Shown one piece after another: positions 13,405 to 25,300 of a stretch of 64,000 bases of DNA (position 1 is its first letter; every line of letters starts with the position of its first letter). Source of the DNA: Octopus sinensis (lineage: Eukaryota); the NCBI RefSeq assembly GCF_006345805.1, contig NC_043008.1:11036001-11100000 (forward strand), given 5' to 3'. Made by a program: the position numbers and the translations under genes. Under the pieces are notes generated by a model. It saw only the letters and a list, made by a program, of their open reading frames with translations, searched no databases and was not told the origin of the DNA.

Positions 13405-13883
13405 ATATTTGCTCAGTTTCTGGTAGGTCTTGACAGATACGTTTATGTCCATTGGGACATAAACGTATCTGTCAAGACCTACCAAAAACTGAGCAAATAT
13501 AAAGATCTGGAAATAGAAATCAGCAAAATGTGGAACCTGAAGACTAAAACAATACCTGTTGTCATAGGTGCCCTGGGAATGATAGCAAAAGGGGCTGATT
13601 GCTACCTAACTCAGATACCAGGAAACCCCCAAATGGCAGAAATTCAAAAGATTGTGCTCATGGGAACTTCTCAAAATACTTTCTTTGTAATCTCGAGTTT
13701 TAAAACAAACACATAATTTTCGTATGTTTTTTTAGGCATTCACTAGTACAACACTAAGTACAAAACCAAATATATGGCACCCTAGGCATAATACCAACAT
13801 GAACTTCCAACTTGTTGTCTCTTGAGGTCTCTGGGTGAGACTTGGTGCCGACTTGTGCAAATGTAACGCAAAAGTCAAACATA

Positions 13884-13885
<2 letters not shown>
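13405..13885 (+). mobile_element. 5'-truncated R4/Dong-clade non-LTR retrotransposon (RLE C-terminus plus 3'UTR) in a (TAA)n array, with an inverted 5' duplication
   Basis: DINVSVKTYQKLSKYKDLEIEISKMWNLKTKTIPVVIGALGMIAKGADCYLTQIPGNPQMAEIQKIVLMGT matches the R4-clade KxxKY...IPVVIGALG...QK..L.GT end. (TAA)n at 13297-13404 and 13886-13950. Confidence 0.88.
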
Positions 13886-13927
<42 letters not shown>

Positions 13928-13949
13928 TAATATAATATAATAATAATAA

Positions 13950-14820
13950 TAATATTTTAAAAAAGGATTGACGTAACTTTTCACAAAGGTCAAGACGAAG
14001 AGTGTGATTCGATTGTAAGATATTTTATTAGTTGAACGATATTTCAAGAGTACGTCTGTCTTTGTCAAGTTCAAAATAAGAAGTGATAAAAATTCAAAAT
14101 TACAGAAATTTAAATGTAAAATATGAACGAGAGCAACCGGCGTCCACACGTTGATGGAATGACATCATCAGTTTTTGAGTTACAATTTTATAACAGGCGA
14201 AAAGAAAAAGACAGAAAAAAAACCCAGAAAAAAGAAGATGACAGAAAAAAGGAAAGAAAAAGAGTGAAATAGAAATACTTAAACCGCTGTGTATAAATTT
14301 GATGATATTCTCCTGTCATCTTATTCATTCCTCCAGGGCTTGATGTTAATAACCCGCAAACATATTTCTTCTCATACATTCTGAGAAGTGAAAGAGAAGC
14401 AGATTCAGAATATTTTCTGAGAATATGCACTTTCAAGTCTTCTTCAAAATTGCAACTGCTTGAAACGAAATGTTCAGCAAGTTCTGTCGAACTACTGTTA
14501 TTGTGCCTGATGTCGAATCTGTGCCCATGAAACCTTTTGCTTAATTGTTCTGTTGTGCAACCAACATAAATTCAGTTGTGTTTCGTGCATTCTGCAGCGT
14601 ACACCAAATGGGAATCTCTACACGTTCCACCTTCTGTATAAATCATAACATTTCTGTTATGATTCCTGATGGAATTCGCTTCAGTCATGTTATTACACAA
14701 TGAACAGGGCTTACCTCTCTTGCGGCTGTTCTTTAAGAAAACGGACATTGGAGTATCTACACGCTGTACCTTAAAGAACAGCCGCAAGAGCGGTAAGCCC
14801 TGTTCATTGTGAAATAACAT
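13950..14820 (-). mobile_element. Penelope-like element 3' fragment: Zn-finger linker plus GIY-YIG endonuclease (one internal stop)
   Basis: Minus strand: KNSRKRGKPCSLCNNM...GGTCRDSHLVYAAECTKHN*IYVGCTTEQLSKRFHGHRFDIRHNNSSSTELAEHFVSSSCNFEEDLKVHILRKY...RMYEKKYVCGLLTSSPGGMN. This has the VY..C..YVG.T..L..R..H.R..I, A.HF, E and P.G.N motifs of PLE GIY-YIG domains. Confidence 0.88.
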
Positions 14821-15140
14821 AAATTCCACGGTAGTGTTGGGTGGAATTAGGTCAGATAGCGATATCAATGTGGATGTTGTTTGTTACTGGCTAGCGGGCG
14901 GGTCGTTGAAGTGACCCCTGACTTGTTAGAGTTGGGTCAGTTGGTGCACTACATCCATTGACAGGTATATCTTCTAGAGTTGCTATGTACGTGTGTAAAG
15001 TATGAAATGATCTTGCGATTTCTGTTTTACAGATCTGTAAAAGGATCGATACACACACACACACACACACACGCGCACATATATATATATATATATGGTT
15101 AGATATATATATACATATATATATATTTATATACATATAT

Positions 15141-15180
<40 letters not shown>

Positions 15181-15328
15181 ACAGTTTAGAGAAAAAAACC
15201 TCTATTAAGCCATTCAATATTGAATGACTTTCACACCATATAGAAAAAGCTAAATATACTATAAAAATCATTACTCTAAAAATCTATAGAGTACATAAAC
15301 AACAATAGTAAATAGACTACGCGCGTTT

Positions 15329-15376
<48 letters not shown>

Positions 15377-16095
15377 GTATGTTTGTATGTAAGCATGTAT
15401 GTATTTATGTATGTATGTATATGTGTACGTGTGTATACGTGTATGTGCTTGTGTATTCATTAAAACTTAGTTTGATAGATATTCTTGTATGGTGAGTTTA
15501 AAGGTTAGCTCTTAAAATTGTTAAAATTATTATCTGCGTTTTCATAATGTGTGTGTGTGTGTGTCCGTGTGTATGTATTGCTGCGTGTATTTTTATATCT
15601 CACAAACGTTCAACTTCTTTTATAAATCTTAAATAAATAGGCGCATAACGCTTATTTACTGTAACACATAATGCAAAAACTCTTCCAAATCACAGCTCTA
15701 TTCCTTCCCGGAAGAAATATCTCTATGCACTTAAATAAACTATGCCATATTCATTTTCTCTTAGTAATTAAAAGTACACGCAATCGTTATGGTGCGGTGT
15801 CATAGAAATATGCGCTAAAACATTATCTTTCACTGTTTGACGCACATAGATTTTCACCTGCTCATTAAAAGGCACCCAGAGTGTAGCTAGATTCCAAAAT
15901 CCTCACATGATAACACGAAGAAGAATTCACAAAAGCTCATAGAAGTTAAATGGTACATATTTTGTCACAATTTTACGGCTAAAAACAGAATTTATTTCCG
16001 TTTTCCCAGCAACTGAATTTTATTGAAGAGAGTGATTATAGCTAAGCTGTTGCTTTCTTTACAAAAATGTAATAATATAAAATAAAATTTAAAAA

Positions 16096-16128
16096 ATGAC
16101 AATGATGATGATGATAATAGTAGTAGTT

Positions 16129-16161
<33 letters not shown>

Positions 16162-16231
16162 ATAATAATAATAATAATAATAATAATGAAGATATCTTTT
16201 CTTAATGTGGATGGTGATGATGATGATGAAG

Positions 16232-16269
<38 letters not shown>

Positions 16270-16324
16270 AATGATGATTATGATGATGATGATGATGATG
16301 ATGTCGATGATGATGATGATGATG

Positions 16325-16403
<79 letters not shown>

Positions 16404-16415
16404 TAATAATAATGA
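16096..16415. repeat. (GTA)n/(TAA)n/(GAT)n compound microsatellite
   Basis: Direct reading. Confidence 0.95.
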
Positions 16416-16419
16416 TACT

Positions 16420-16950
16420 TGGAATTACTTGGAAAAACTAAGGCGAAGTGGAGGACGGATATGTTAGCATATGAAAAAAGTTTAGGAATAATAGAAATCA
16501 GGAGAGGCATCTTCCAAGAGGACTGCCTTTGTACTGTGCATGATACCAAGGGGACTGATCTTTGTACTGTGCAGGAAACCGCTAACAACGATTCTGAGGA
16601 AAGCAAAGGCTGGCTATGTATTCAAAAGCCGCCAACAAAAAGTCAATCATTTGTTATTCATGGTTGACCCCAAACTTTATGGTAAAAATAAATCCCAAGG
16701 TAGTTCCCTCGTTGATATGGTGTATACTTTCATTGTTGATGTTAGGATGGATTTCGGACTGAAAAAGAAGTGTGGTGTGTTAGACTTGAAGAGAGGCAAC
16801 ATTAAATGTATGGACGGGCTAGAGATACCGTCGGGGGGGGGGTGTTATGAAGCAAATAGGAGAGACAGGCTATAAGTACTTGAGGACATTGGAAATGGAT
16901 AAATTGGTGAAGAAACAAATGACAGAAAAAATTAAGGTGGAGTATTTGCG
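16420..16950 (+). mobile_element. R4/Dong-clade reverse transcriptase internal fragment (dead)
   Basis: KWRTDMLAYEKSLGIIEIRRGIFQED / FVLCRKPLTTILRKAKAGYVFKSRQQKVNHLLFMVDPKLYGKNKSQ...DFGLKKKCGVL / GYKYLRTLEMDK. Catalytic FMDD is mutated to FMVD; frameshifts present. Confidence 0.88.
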
Positions 16951-16951
16951 C

Positions 16952-16985
<34 letters not shown>

Positions 16986-16992
16986 TAATAAT

Positions 16993-17210
16993 AAAAATAT
17001 TCAGACAAATACATAACAAAAACACCAGGACTTACAAACACATATAACATACAGAAAATTGCACTACTAGGCACTGCACACATCCTACGCAGAACACTTT
17101 CCATACAATAACCATCAGAGCATCACAACAAATCACAGCACATACCCAAGGCACACAGAGCTGCGCTCGGTAGTGAAGTGAAAGCACGCTATAAAAATAA
17201 AACTACTGAA
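16993..17210 (+). mobile_element. 3' end of a second R4/Dong-clade family
   Basis: KYSDKYITKTPGLTNTYNIQKIALLGTAHILRRTLSIQ* followed by a 3'UTR unlike that at 13680-13885; flanked by (TAA)n. Confidence 0.85.
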
Positions 17211-17235
17211 TGATAATAACAACAACAACAACGAC

Positions 17236-17269
<34 letters not shown>

Positions 17270-17331
17270 GTGGTGATAATGATGATGGTGATGATGATGA
17301 TGATGACGACGATGACGACGACGATAAATCT

Positions 17332-17525
17332 AGCGAGCTGGCAGAATCGTTAGTACGCCGGACAAAATGCGCCTAGCAAAATTTCGTCCGTCTTTACGTT
17401 CTGAGTTCAAATTCCACCGAGGTCCACTTGCTTTTCATTCCTTTCGGGCTTCGATAAGATAAGTACCAGTTGAATACTATTGTTGTTGGGATCGACTTGA
17501 ACACTTTCCCGGAGTTGCTGGCCTT
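17332..17525 (+). mobile_element. SINE family A, degenerate
   Basis: gcgagctggcagaatcgttag...gagttcaaattccaccgagg...aagtaccagttg. Confidence 0.8.
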
Positions 17526-17619
17526 TTTCATTTTGTACGATAGACATTTAAATGTAATAAAATGTTTTAAAAGAAATTTAAAGTGCCTACGTCGTAACTG
17601 TAAACATACCTTTGAACCA

Positions 17620-17815
17620 TCTTGTATATTTCTACCTTGACAGGACGCCAGGCCTTTGCAGGATTACATAGACAAATTTTTAACACCTCAGTGGACAGGA
17701 GAAATGTGAAATGATTTTGTTTAAGAGCACGGTACATCACCTTGTCCAGGAATCGAAACCGCAACATTACGATTATAAGTCGAGCATTCTAATCACTTGT
17801 CCATACGCCTCCACA
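17620..17815 (-). mobile_element. Degenerate tRNA-derived SINE (D head, CORE-like and V-like segments)
   Basis: ccaggaatcgaaacc B box and ggacgccaggcctttgcagg, resembling the 19190 copy. Confidence 0.6.
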
Positions 17816-17919
17816 CTTTCTCGTCATTGAAGTAGGATTAATGTCAATACCGTCAGTTCTCATTATTCTATTTCAACTACTTCCTTCCTTTTGCTTTTCA
17901 CCCTTGGAAAGTGGTGACC

Positions 17920-18277
17920 ATCACCACCACCACCACCACCACCATAGCTGCCATCACAACGACGACTACCGCCATCATCGTCTACGCTATCGTCGCCGTC
18001 GCTAACATCATCCTTGTCATCGTAACATTTTAATCATTCTCATTAATGCTAACATTATCACCGACATTACTTTCATCATCATCGTCGTCGACCTCCTCCT
18101 CCTCCTCATCATCATCCTCATCAACATCGTCATCATCACCATCATCACCATCATCGTCATCATCATCATCGTCATCAATATCATCACCACCATCAACATG
18201 ATCATCATCAACATCCTCCTCATCCTCATCAACATCATCATCATCAACATCCTCATCAACACCCTCATCAACATCCA

Positions 18278-18335
<58 letters not shown>

Positions 18336-18347
18336 GTCACCCCCACC

Positions 18348-18425
<78 letters not shown>
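17920..18425. repeat. (CAT/ATC)n-rich microsatellite block
   Basis: Direct reading; the poly-D/M/I ORFs are artefacts. Confidence 0.95.
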
Positions 18426-18429
<4 letters not shown>

Positions 18430-19057
18430 AACACTGTTAGCCTTTAATAACAAGCGAAGAAGCCGACAATTTATATATATATTCCATACAGAAATTTCTA
18501 GAACAATATCGTTTATTGATTGACGACAGAACGTATATTTCTTTCGATAAAAGTTTTTTCCTAAGATGTCAACTTACTTCTTGAAGAAGATTCTCAGATT
18601 TGTTTCATAATTATCAGTATTAAAACAATGAATACTATACGCGTTAGCGTATATTATGTTGCTACTGTTAATACGATCATAGCAATAGCGACAACAAAAC
18701 GGCAATCATATACACAACAGTATATACAATACAACAAGTAAAGCACCAATAATGAAATGCAGAATAGAGGAACAAAAGAATATGTATTACAAGAATATCA
18801 AAAGCTTTAAAAGTCAACGAAAGCAATAACAAAAAAAAGCCAACAATATAAACAGTAATAATAGCTGTGAACAGCAACGAGACAAAACAATCGAGACGGC
18901 AATATGCGGTTTGTAGACGTCAAAAGAAAATAATTTATGAAGAAACGAAGAGCAGGGAAGATGACAAACAGCAACAACAAAAGGAAGATAATATATACAG
19001 AAGATGAAACAACAACATTAGCAAGTGTCAAGGGAGGAAGATTATATAGTTTCATTC

Positions 19058-19168
19058 AGTGGTGGACTGGGTATACAAATATTGGTTTCCAGGGAGCTAA
19101 GGAGGCCCACCTGCAACTACAAGGGGCGGAGGGCACCCGCATCTACAAGGGGGGCCCAGCCACTATTA
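19058..19168. mobile_element. Possible short hAT/Harbinger-type MITE remnant
   Basis: Begins cagtggtggactggg, ends gggcccagccacta; GC-rich island with ggccc motifs. The right TIR is imperfect. Confidence 0.4.
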
Positions 19169-19190
19169 TAATAAAAAAAAGATAAACGTC

Positions 19191-19427
19191 GCCCTGTTCA
19201 AGCCTAGCCAGGCTTATAGGCCCGGTTTCCCGGTTTCTGTGACGTATGTGTTCACCCCAGCTGGACTGGACGCCAGTCCATTGCAGCGTTACTCAGTTTT
19301 GCAAGTTGAGTGGACTGGAGCAACGTGAAATGAAGTGTTTTGCTCAAGAACACAACACGTCGCCCGGTCCAGGAATCGAAACCACAACCTTACGATCATG
19401 ATGTTGACACCCTAACCACTAAGCCAC
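19191..19427 (-). mobile_element. tRNA-derived SINE: D head, CORE-like segment, V-domain-like tail
   Basis: Element strand: gtggttagggtgtcaac...ggtttcgattcctggacc...gttcttgagcaaaacacttc...gctgcaatggactggcgtccagtccagctgggg...ggcttgaacagggc. Confidence 0.85.
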
Positions 19428-20523
19428 CCCGCAATCATAATGCTATCTTTTAATTTCTTTCTTTCTTTTGTTAAAGTATTCTTTTCAACTGTCTACAAAC
19501 ACAGCCAAGCTTAAATAATGCATTCTTCCAGGGGGGAATAAAAAATTTCAAACTTGAATAGACGGGCCCCTTAGATACTAACATAGGATTTATGGATTCT
19601 AATGGCGCAGTGGCCCGCATGCCATCGCGAAAGCTGGTAACCTGACTAGTCCACTGCTGAAATAGCACCTTGATGGTGGTGGTGGGGATGATGATAGTGG
19701 TGATGGTGGTGGTGATGAAGGTGATGGTGATGGTGATGATGATGATGATGGTGGTGATGGTGGTGAGGATGATGATGATGATGGTGCTATTTCAGTTACT
19801 AGAAATAGCACCCAAACTCCCCTCAAATCACGTGGTACTCCGAATGATGTAGTTCGTATTTATAGTTTTCTATTACATGCCGAATTTCTCAGATACAGTC
19901 TTGCAATTCGAAACACCTCAAGCGCTTGGTCCTCACACCGCAGAACATTGGTAAACTTCTTCCTTTCTGCTTCTCCCCTACCTAAATATATCTGTCTCCC
20001 AGCTTCCCCTCTAGCTACTTGAGATAGTTCTCTGTAACAGCCATTCCTCCAGTCCTTCCAGGCTTGTTTCTTCCGCAAACAGACTGAATGGGGAAACATT
20101 GCGCATCTTTAATGAAAGATCTGCTGCTAGTTAAGAAAAAAATACACAGGTAACGAAGCTGCAATAAATATTTCAACGACAACATTATTATCTTTCATCG
20201 TTTACAGGCTTCAGCCACTGGATTGTGGCTATGCTGGGGCACCGCGCTGAACTGTTTAGTGGAACAAATCGAATCCACTACGCAGTGTTTTATTTCATTC
20301 TTATATCTGATATTTATTCTGTCGGTATTTTTTGCCAAACTGTTAACTTATAAGGAAGCAAACAAACCAACACAGATTGTCAAGCGGTGCGCGCGGACAA
20401 ACACAAAGACACACACAAGCACGCGTGCGCACGTACACACACACACATATGTCTTTCATACAGTTTTCATTAATTCTCTAGAAAAGTATTGGACAAACCA
20501 GGATTATATTCTTTTCTTTTTTT

Positions 20524-20905
20524 TTTACTTGTTTCAGTCATTTGACTGTGGCCATGATGGAGCACCGCCTTTAGTCGAGCAAATCGACCCCAGTACTTAT
20601 TCTATCGGTCTCTTAGGCCGAACCGCTGAGTTACGGGGACGTAAACACACCAGCATCGGTTGTCAAGCGATGTTGGGAGGACAAACACAAACACACAAAC
20701 ATATACACACGCGTACATATATACACATATATATATATACATATATACGACAGGCTTCTTTCAGTTTCCGTCAACCAAATCCACTCACAAGGCTTTGGTC
20801 GGCCCGCGGCTGTAGTAGAAGATACTTGCCCAAGGTGCCACGCAGTGGGACTGAACCCGGAACCATGTGGTTCGTAAGCAAGATGCTTACCACATAGCCA
20901 CTCCT
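20524..20905 (-). mobile_element. SINE family B (tRNA head, CORE-like ccttgggcaagt, internal TA/TG microsatellite)
   Basis: Element strand: ggagtggctatgtggtaag...gggttcagtcccactgcgtggcaccttgggcaagt...gtcaaatgactgaaacaagtaaaa. A more degenerate partial copy lies at ~20205-20400. Confidence 0.92.
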
Positions 20906-21547
20906 AATAATAAGATCTAATAATAAGAGACCGAACGCAAAACGTGTAGTACATGCATGCTGTGAAGCATAAACCGCTATAACAAAGGCTATTACCTAAC
21001 ATAGAGACACTACAAAACAGTATACTCGGCTACAGAAACATTACAGGAGATTATAGACTATCTTAGAAGCGCTTTTGAGAACTATACATTATGGCAAAGA
21101 CAATAGCGTCTAGCCGCACAGGCTAGACTCTATTGTTGAGACGCTGCTGAATAATGTCGACTTTTCTTGATAATAACACACTATGGGAAATGTTCAACAT
21201 TATTGTCAGTTACAAAAGCGCTACTGATAATTGTTGACTGCTACAAAGATAACACTTACGCTGAGTAAAGTTTGTTGTTGAGGTATTACTGAGAATTATC
21301 GTCTACTTATAATACACAACTGCTGTCTAAAAACTATTCAAGATGTATTACTCAGGTATTACTATAGCTTACTAATAACGTACTAACTGAATGATATAGA
21401 CCATTGTACTAGTTCTACTAAAGACTATATTCCTCAGTGGTACCTCCGAAATTGTCTATACTCTGTACTGAATTCATAATACATCAATGCATTCAATAGT
21501 ATATTTATAATGGTTTTAGTCCACTGTAGAGTATTTACACTTATATA

Positions 21548-21778
21548 TATTTCTTTACTACCCACAAGGGGCTAAACACAGAGGGGACAAACAAGGACAA
21601 ACAAACGGATTAAGTCGATTGTATCGACCCCAGTGCGTAACTGGTACTTATTTAATCGACCCCGAAAGGATGAAAGGCAAAGTCGACCTCGGCGGAAATT
21701 GAACTCAGAACGTAGCGGCAGACGAAATACCGCTAAGAACTTCGTCCGGCGTGCTAACGGTTCTGCCAGCTCACCGCC
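21548..21778 (-). mobile_element. SINE family A, full length, tail type 1, with 12-bp TSD
   Basis: TSD tacacttatata at 21536-21547 and 21783-21794. Confidence 0.95.
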
Positions 21779-22152
21779 TATGTACACTTATATAGTCTTC
21801 AGAATTACCTCTATACTACTGTTTTGTTTTCAGCATTACCTCAATAATAGTCTATACCATTCGCTATTATCTGTATGATTCCAAGACTAGGGACTAAAGT
21901 ACTACTGAGGATCAAACACTCAGGACAACACTATTCTACTATGGGGAGACTATCGAATATATTGCTGCACAATATAGCCAACTTTATAGCACGACTGGAT
22001 TTTATAGACTACTACAGAGACACTACTGATATGTATAGGGTAGTGTAGAGGTAGAGCTATAGACTAACGTGCAAGTACTACTGAACTATGTAGACAATTG
22101 CAGAAAGACTACTGGCTATTATAGATTATGGTAGAAACGTTATTGAGAACTC

Positions 22153-22529
22153 GTGGCACTCCGTCGGTTACGACGACGAAGTTGATCCGATCAAGTGAAC
22201 AGCCTGCTAGTGAAATTAACGTGCAAGTGGCTGAGTATTCCACAGACACGTGAACCCTTAACGTAGTTCTCGGGGAGAATCAGCGTGACACAGAGTGTGA
22301 TAAGGCTGTCCCTTCGAAATACAGTACAACAGAAATAGGAAGAAAGAGTGAGAGGAAGTTGTAGTGAGTGAGTATAGCAAGGTTAGCCATTCCCTCCCCC
22401 TGCCGGAGCCTCGTAGAGATTTAAGTATTTTCGCTCAGTAAACACTTACAACGCCTGGTCTGGGAATCGAAACCGCGATCCTACGACCGCGAATCCGCTG
22501 CCCTAACTACTGGGCCATTGCGCCTCCAC
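22153..22529 (-). mobile_element. SINE family C (tRNA head) with tail X
   Basis: Element strand: gtggaggcgcaatggcccagtagttagggcagcgg...ggtttcgattcccagacc...tail gatcggatcaacttcgtcgtcgtaaccgacggagtgccac. Confidence 0.9.
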
Positions 22530-23666
22530 ATTATTGTGGTCTACATAATACTATATAGTAGGTTCAATAGATCACTAAAGATTCATTACCAAAGGACTCT
22601 TCTTGTAATACTTGATGCCTGTTGACATCATTATGCGTAACTTTCAAAAGCAATGATATATTTATTTCACTTATTGGGCCTTCTCTACGGTTGTTCCCAT
22701 GTCCTACATATATCAACCAAACATCTCTCAAACCTTGCCTTGAACATGACTTAAGAGCGATTTGGCTACCTTAAACATGTTTAGGACATATTGATATTGT
22801 TTCGATAAGGAATGAGATGGTCGGAGATGGAACGGCCTGTGATAAATGTCTTCGATATTTATTACCTAGAGTTACGTAATAATATGGAGAGGTGTAGCGG
22901 AGAGAGAGTGAATGAAACGGAATGGAGGAATTAAGATTGGCAAGAGAATAAAGTGGACTGCTTTTCTGTTGGACTGAAAAACGATATAATTAATCCAGGC
23001 TATTAGTAGTTATTGTAGTAAAACCAGTGAGACGAAAGGATACAGAACGAATAAGAGAGCTGGGGAATGATAAAAAGCTGTTAGAAAGAAAAGGAGAGGA
23101 AGAGGAGAAGAGAAACAGAGAGAGTCAAGAAGGAAAATGAGAGAGAGAGAGAGAGAGAGAGAGGGAAAGACGAAGATCTATACAAAGACAGAAAGCATGA
23201 GAAAGAAGGTAACCTTTATCAATATCGTAGTTAATTATAAAGCTTTCTGTGAATGAATAACTGCAAGAATGAGATGAAATATTTCATGAGAAACTTATAG
23301 ACACTATATATTTTTTTTTCATCTGCAACCACATAAATAATGAGTTACTGGTAAATTAACAGCGTGTTCCTCCAATGCCATACTATATTACACATGTATC
23401 TATAGATATTTATTCTACAGTATAAAACACTGTAAGCAATAAGTAGACATACGATTATTTTCGCGGAGTTAAAAACAAGGATCAACCGAGAATAGTTTCG
23501 ATCGTACTTGAGTTTCATTAGCGATAAAGCGCCCTCTGTAGTGGTCCATTGAGACGTCTTCAAAGGTTCTATTATTAACAATTTATGTGAACTCGATAAA
23601 CAGATTCGTAGAAATAACCAATTCTTGGCGCTAAATAAAAAAAAACAGCAGAATATACACACACTG

Positions 23667-23698
<32 letters not shown>

Positions 23699-23858
23699 TA
23701 CAGAGAGAGAGAGAGAGAGAGAGAGAGGCAGGCAGAGAGAGGGAGGGAGATAGATAGATATAGGTATATATATATCGAGAAAGACAGGGGCAGATACACA
23801 TATGTATTGGGAAACATATGTATATATATATATATATATACACACATATGTATTGGGA

Positions 23859-23913
<55 letters not shown>

Positions 23914-23937
23914 TATATATATATATATGTATTGGGA

Positions 23938-23997
<60 letters not shown>

Positions 23998-24960
23998 AAG
24001 GGAGAGAGGTAGAGGGGAGGGCAGGTACACAAATATATGTATTGGCGAAACAGTTACAGAAATACGATTCAAAGTATATATATATATTGGGATGAAATAA
24101 AAATAGAAAATATTTTTGCGAAGCATATATAGAGACAGAAAATATTTATGTTCATAAGGATGAATGAATGAAAAACTCGGCTTTGTATGGAAACGAGGAA
24201 ACGGGAAAATATATGATAAAAACTACAGAGAATAGGAAATAATTACGAGATAATTAGAAATTAAGAATGTTGAACAAATATTAGAACAGTGTAACATCAA
24301 TGTCTACCTTGAAATGACTTCTGACAATGTCAAGAGAAAGATTAATTAATCATTACGCAGCATTCATCGAACTTATTTGATATTCGCTCAACCAAATCCC
24401 CAGTCATAACTACAAAAAAAAAAAAAAAATTATGAAACAAACGCTTTTTGAAGAGACAGAGAAATTTTATACCTGAGTTACCAGTAAATTTACAGAAGTG
24501 GGCTATTTGTATATTGTAACAATGTCGACCTTACCATAATTACGTTGAAAGTTGGTAATATAAATAATATCCCAGGGTTATTCAATAAATGTATTGCAGT
24601 TTAAGATGTACTGAACTCATCTGATAGATAGAGGAATTTTGGGCTCGGATCGTTTAGAGTCAAAGATGTTCGTATCTTCCAATCAAGAAGTATATGAGGT
24701 AAGATCTGCTTTGCCCTACATGTCCTGCCTTACATTAGAGACGATGTAAAAGGTTCCCCGCGGGTAATAAATTTGTAAACAAACTCGGGGATATAGTACA
24801 GTCTTACTAGCGGTTGTATCTAGAGTTTCAGGAGTAGTGTAAACGCTGCCCTTCTCTCCTTTATTTTCAGAAATGGAGCAGGCCTTCTCATTTGGTTCAC
24901 TTGTCTTCAAAGCAGGGGGGCTGTATAGTTACCCTTTATAAGCTAATCCAGAGAAGTTAA

Positions 24961-25300
24961 CCTTGGATCGTGGTTTCGATTCCCAGACTGGGCGTCTTGA
25001 GTGTTTATTGAGCGATAACATCTAACGATATACGAGGCTCCGGTAGGGGATGGTGGCGGACCCTGCTGTACTCTTTCACCACAACTTTCTCCCACTCTTT
25101 CTTCCTTTTTCAGTTGTATCTGTATTTCAAAAAGGCCAGCCTTGTTACACTCTGTATCACGCTGAATCTTCCCGAGAAATACGTTAATGGCACACGTGTC
25201 TGTGGAGTACTCAGCCACTTGTACATTAATTTCACGAGCAAGCTGTTCCATTGATTGGATCAACTGGAGCACTCGTCGTCGCAACCGACGGAGTGTCACG
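24961..25300 (+). mobile_element. SINE family C with tail X, 5'-truncated
   Basis: ggtttcgattcccagactgggcg...tgattggatcaactggagcactcgtcgtcgcaaccgacggagtgtcac. Confidence 0.9.

Noticed and set aside
13960-14175. CTGATGA and GAAA-like words in the PLE 3' region (minus strand)
   Set aside because: Could not build stems I-III around them, so no hammerhead was called.
18017-18440. Poly-D/E acidic ORF
   Set aside because: (GAT)n microsatellite with no splice signals or unique coding flanks.
24600-24930. GAG|GTAAGA donor at ~24698 and a strong acceptor at ~24870
   Set aside because: All upstream frames are closed except a short one, and no recognisable peptide results; could be non-coding.
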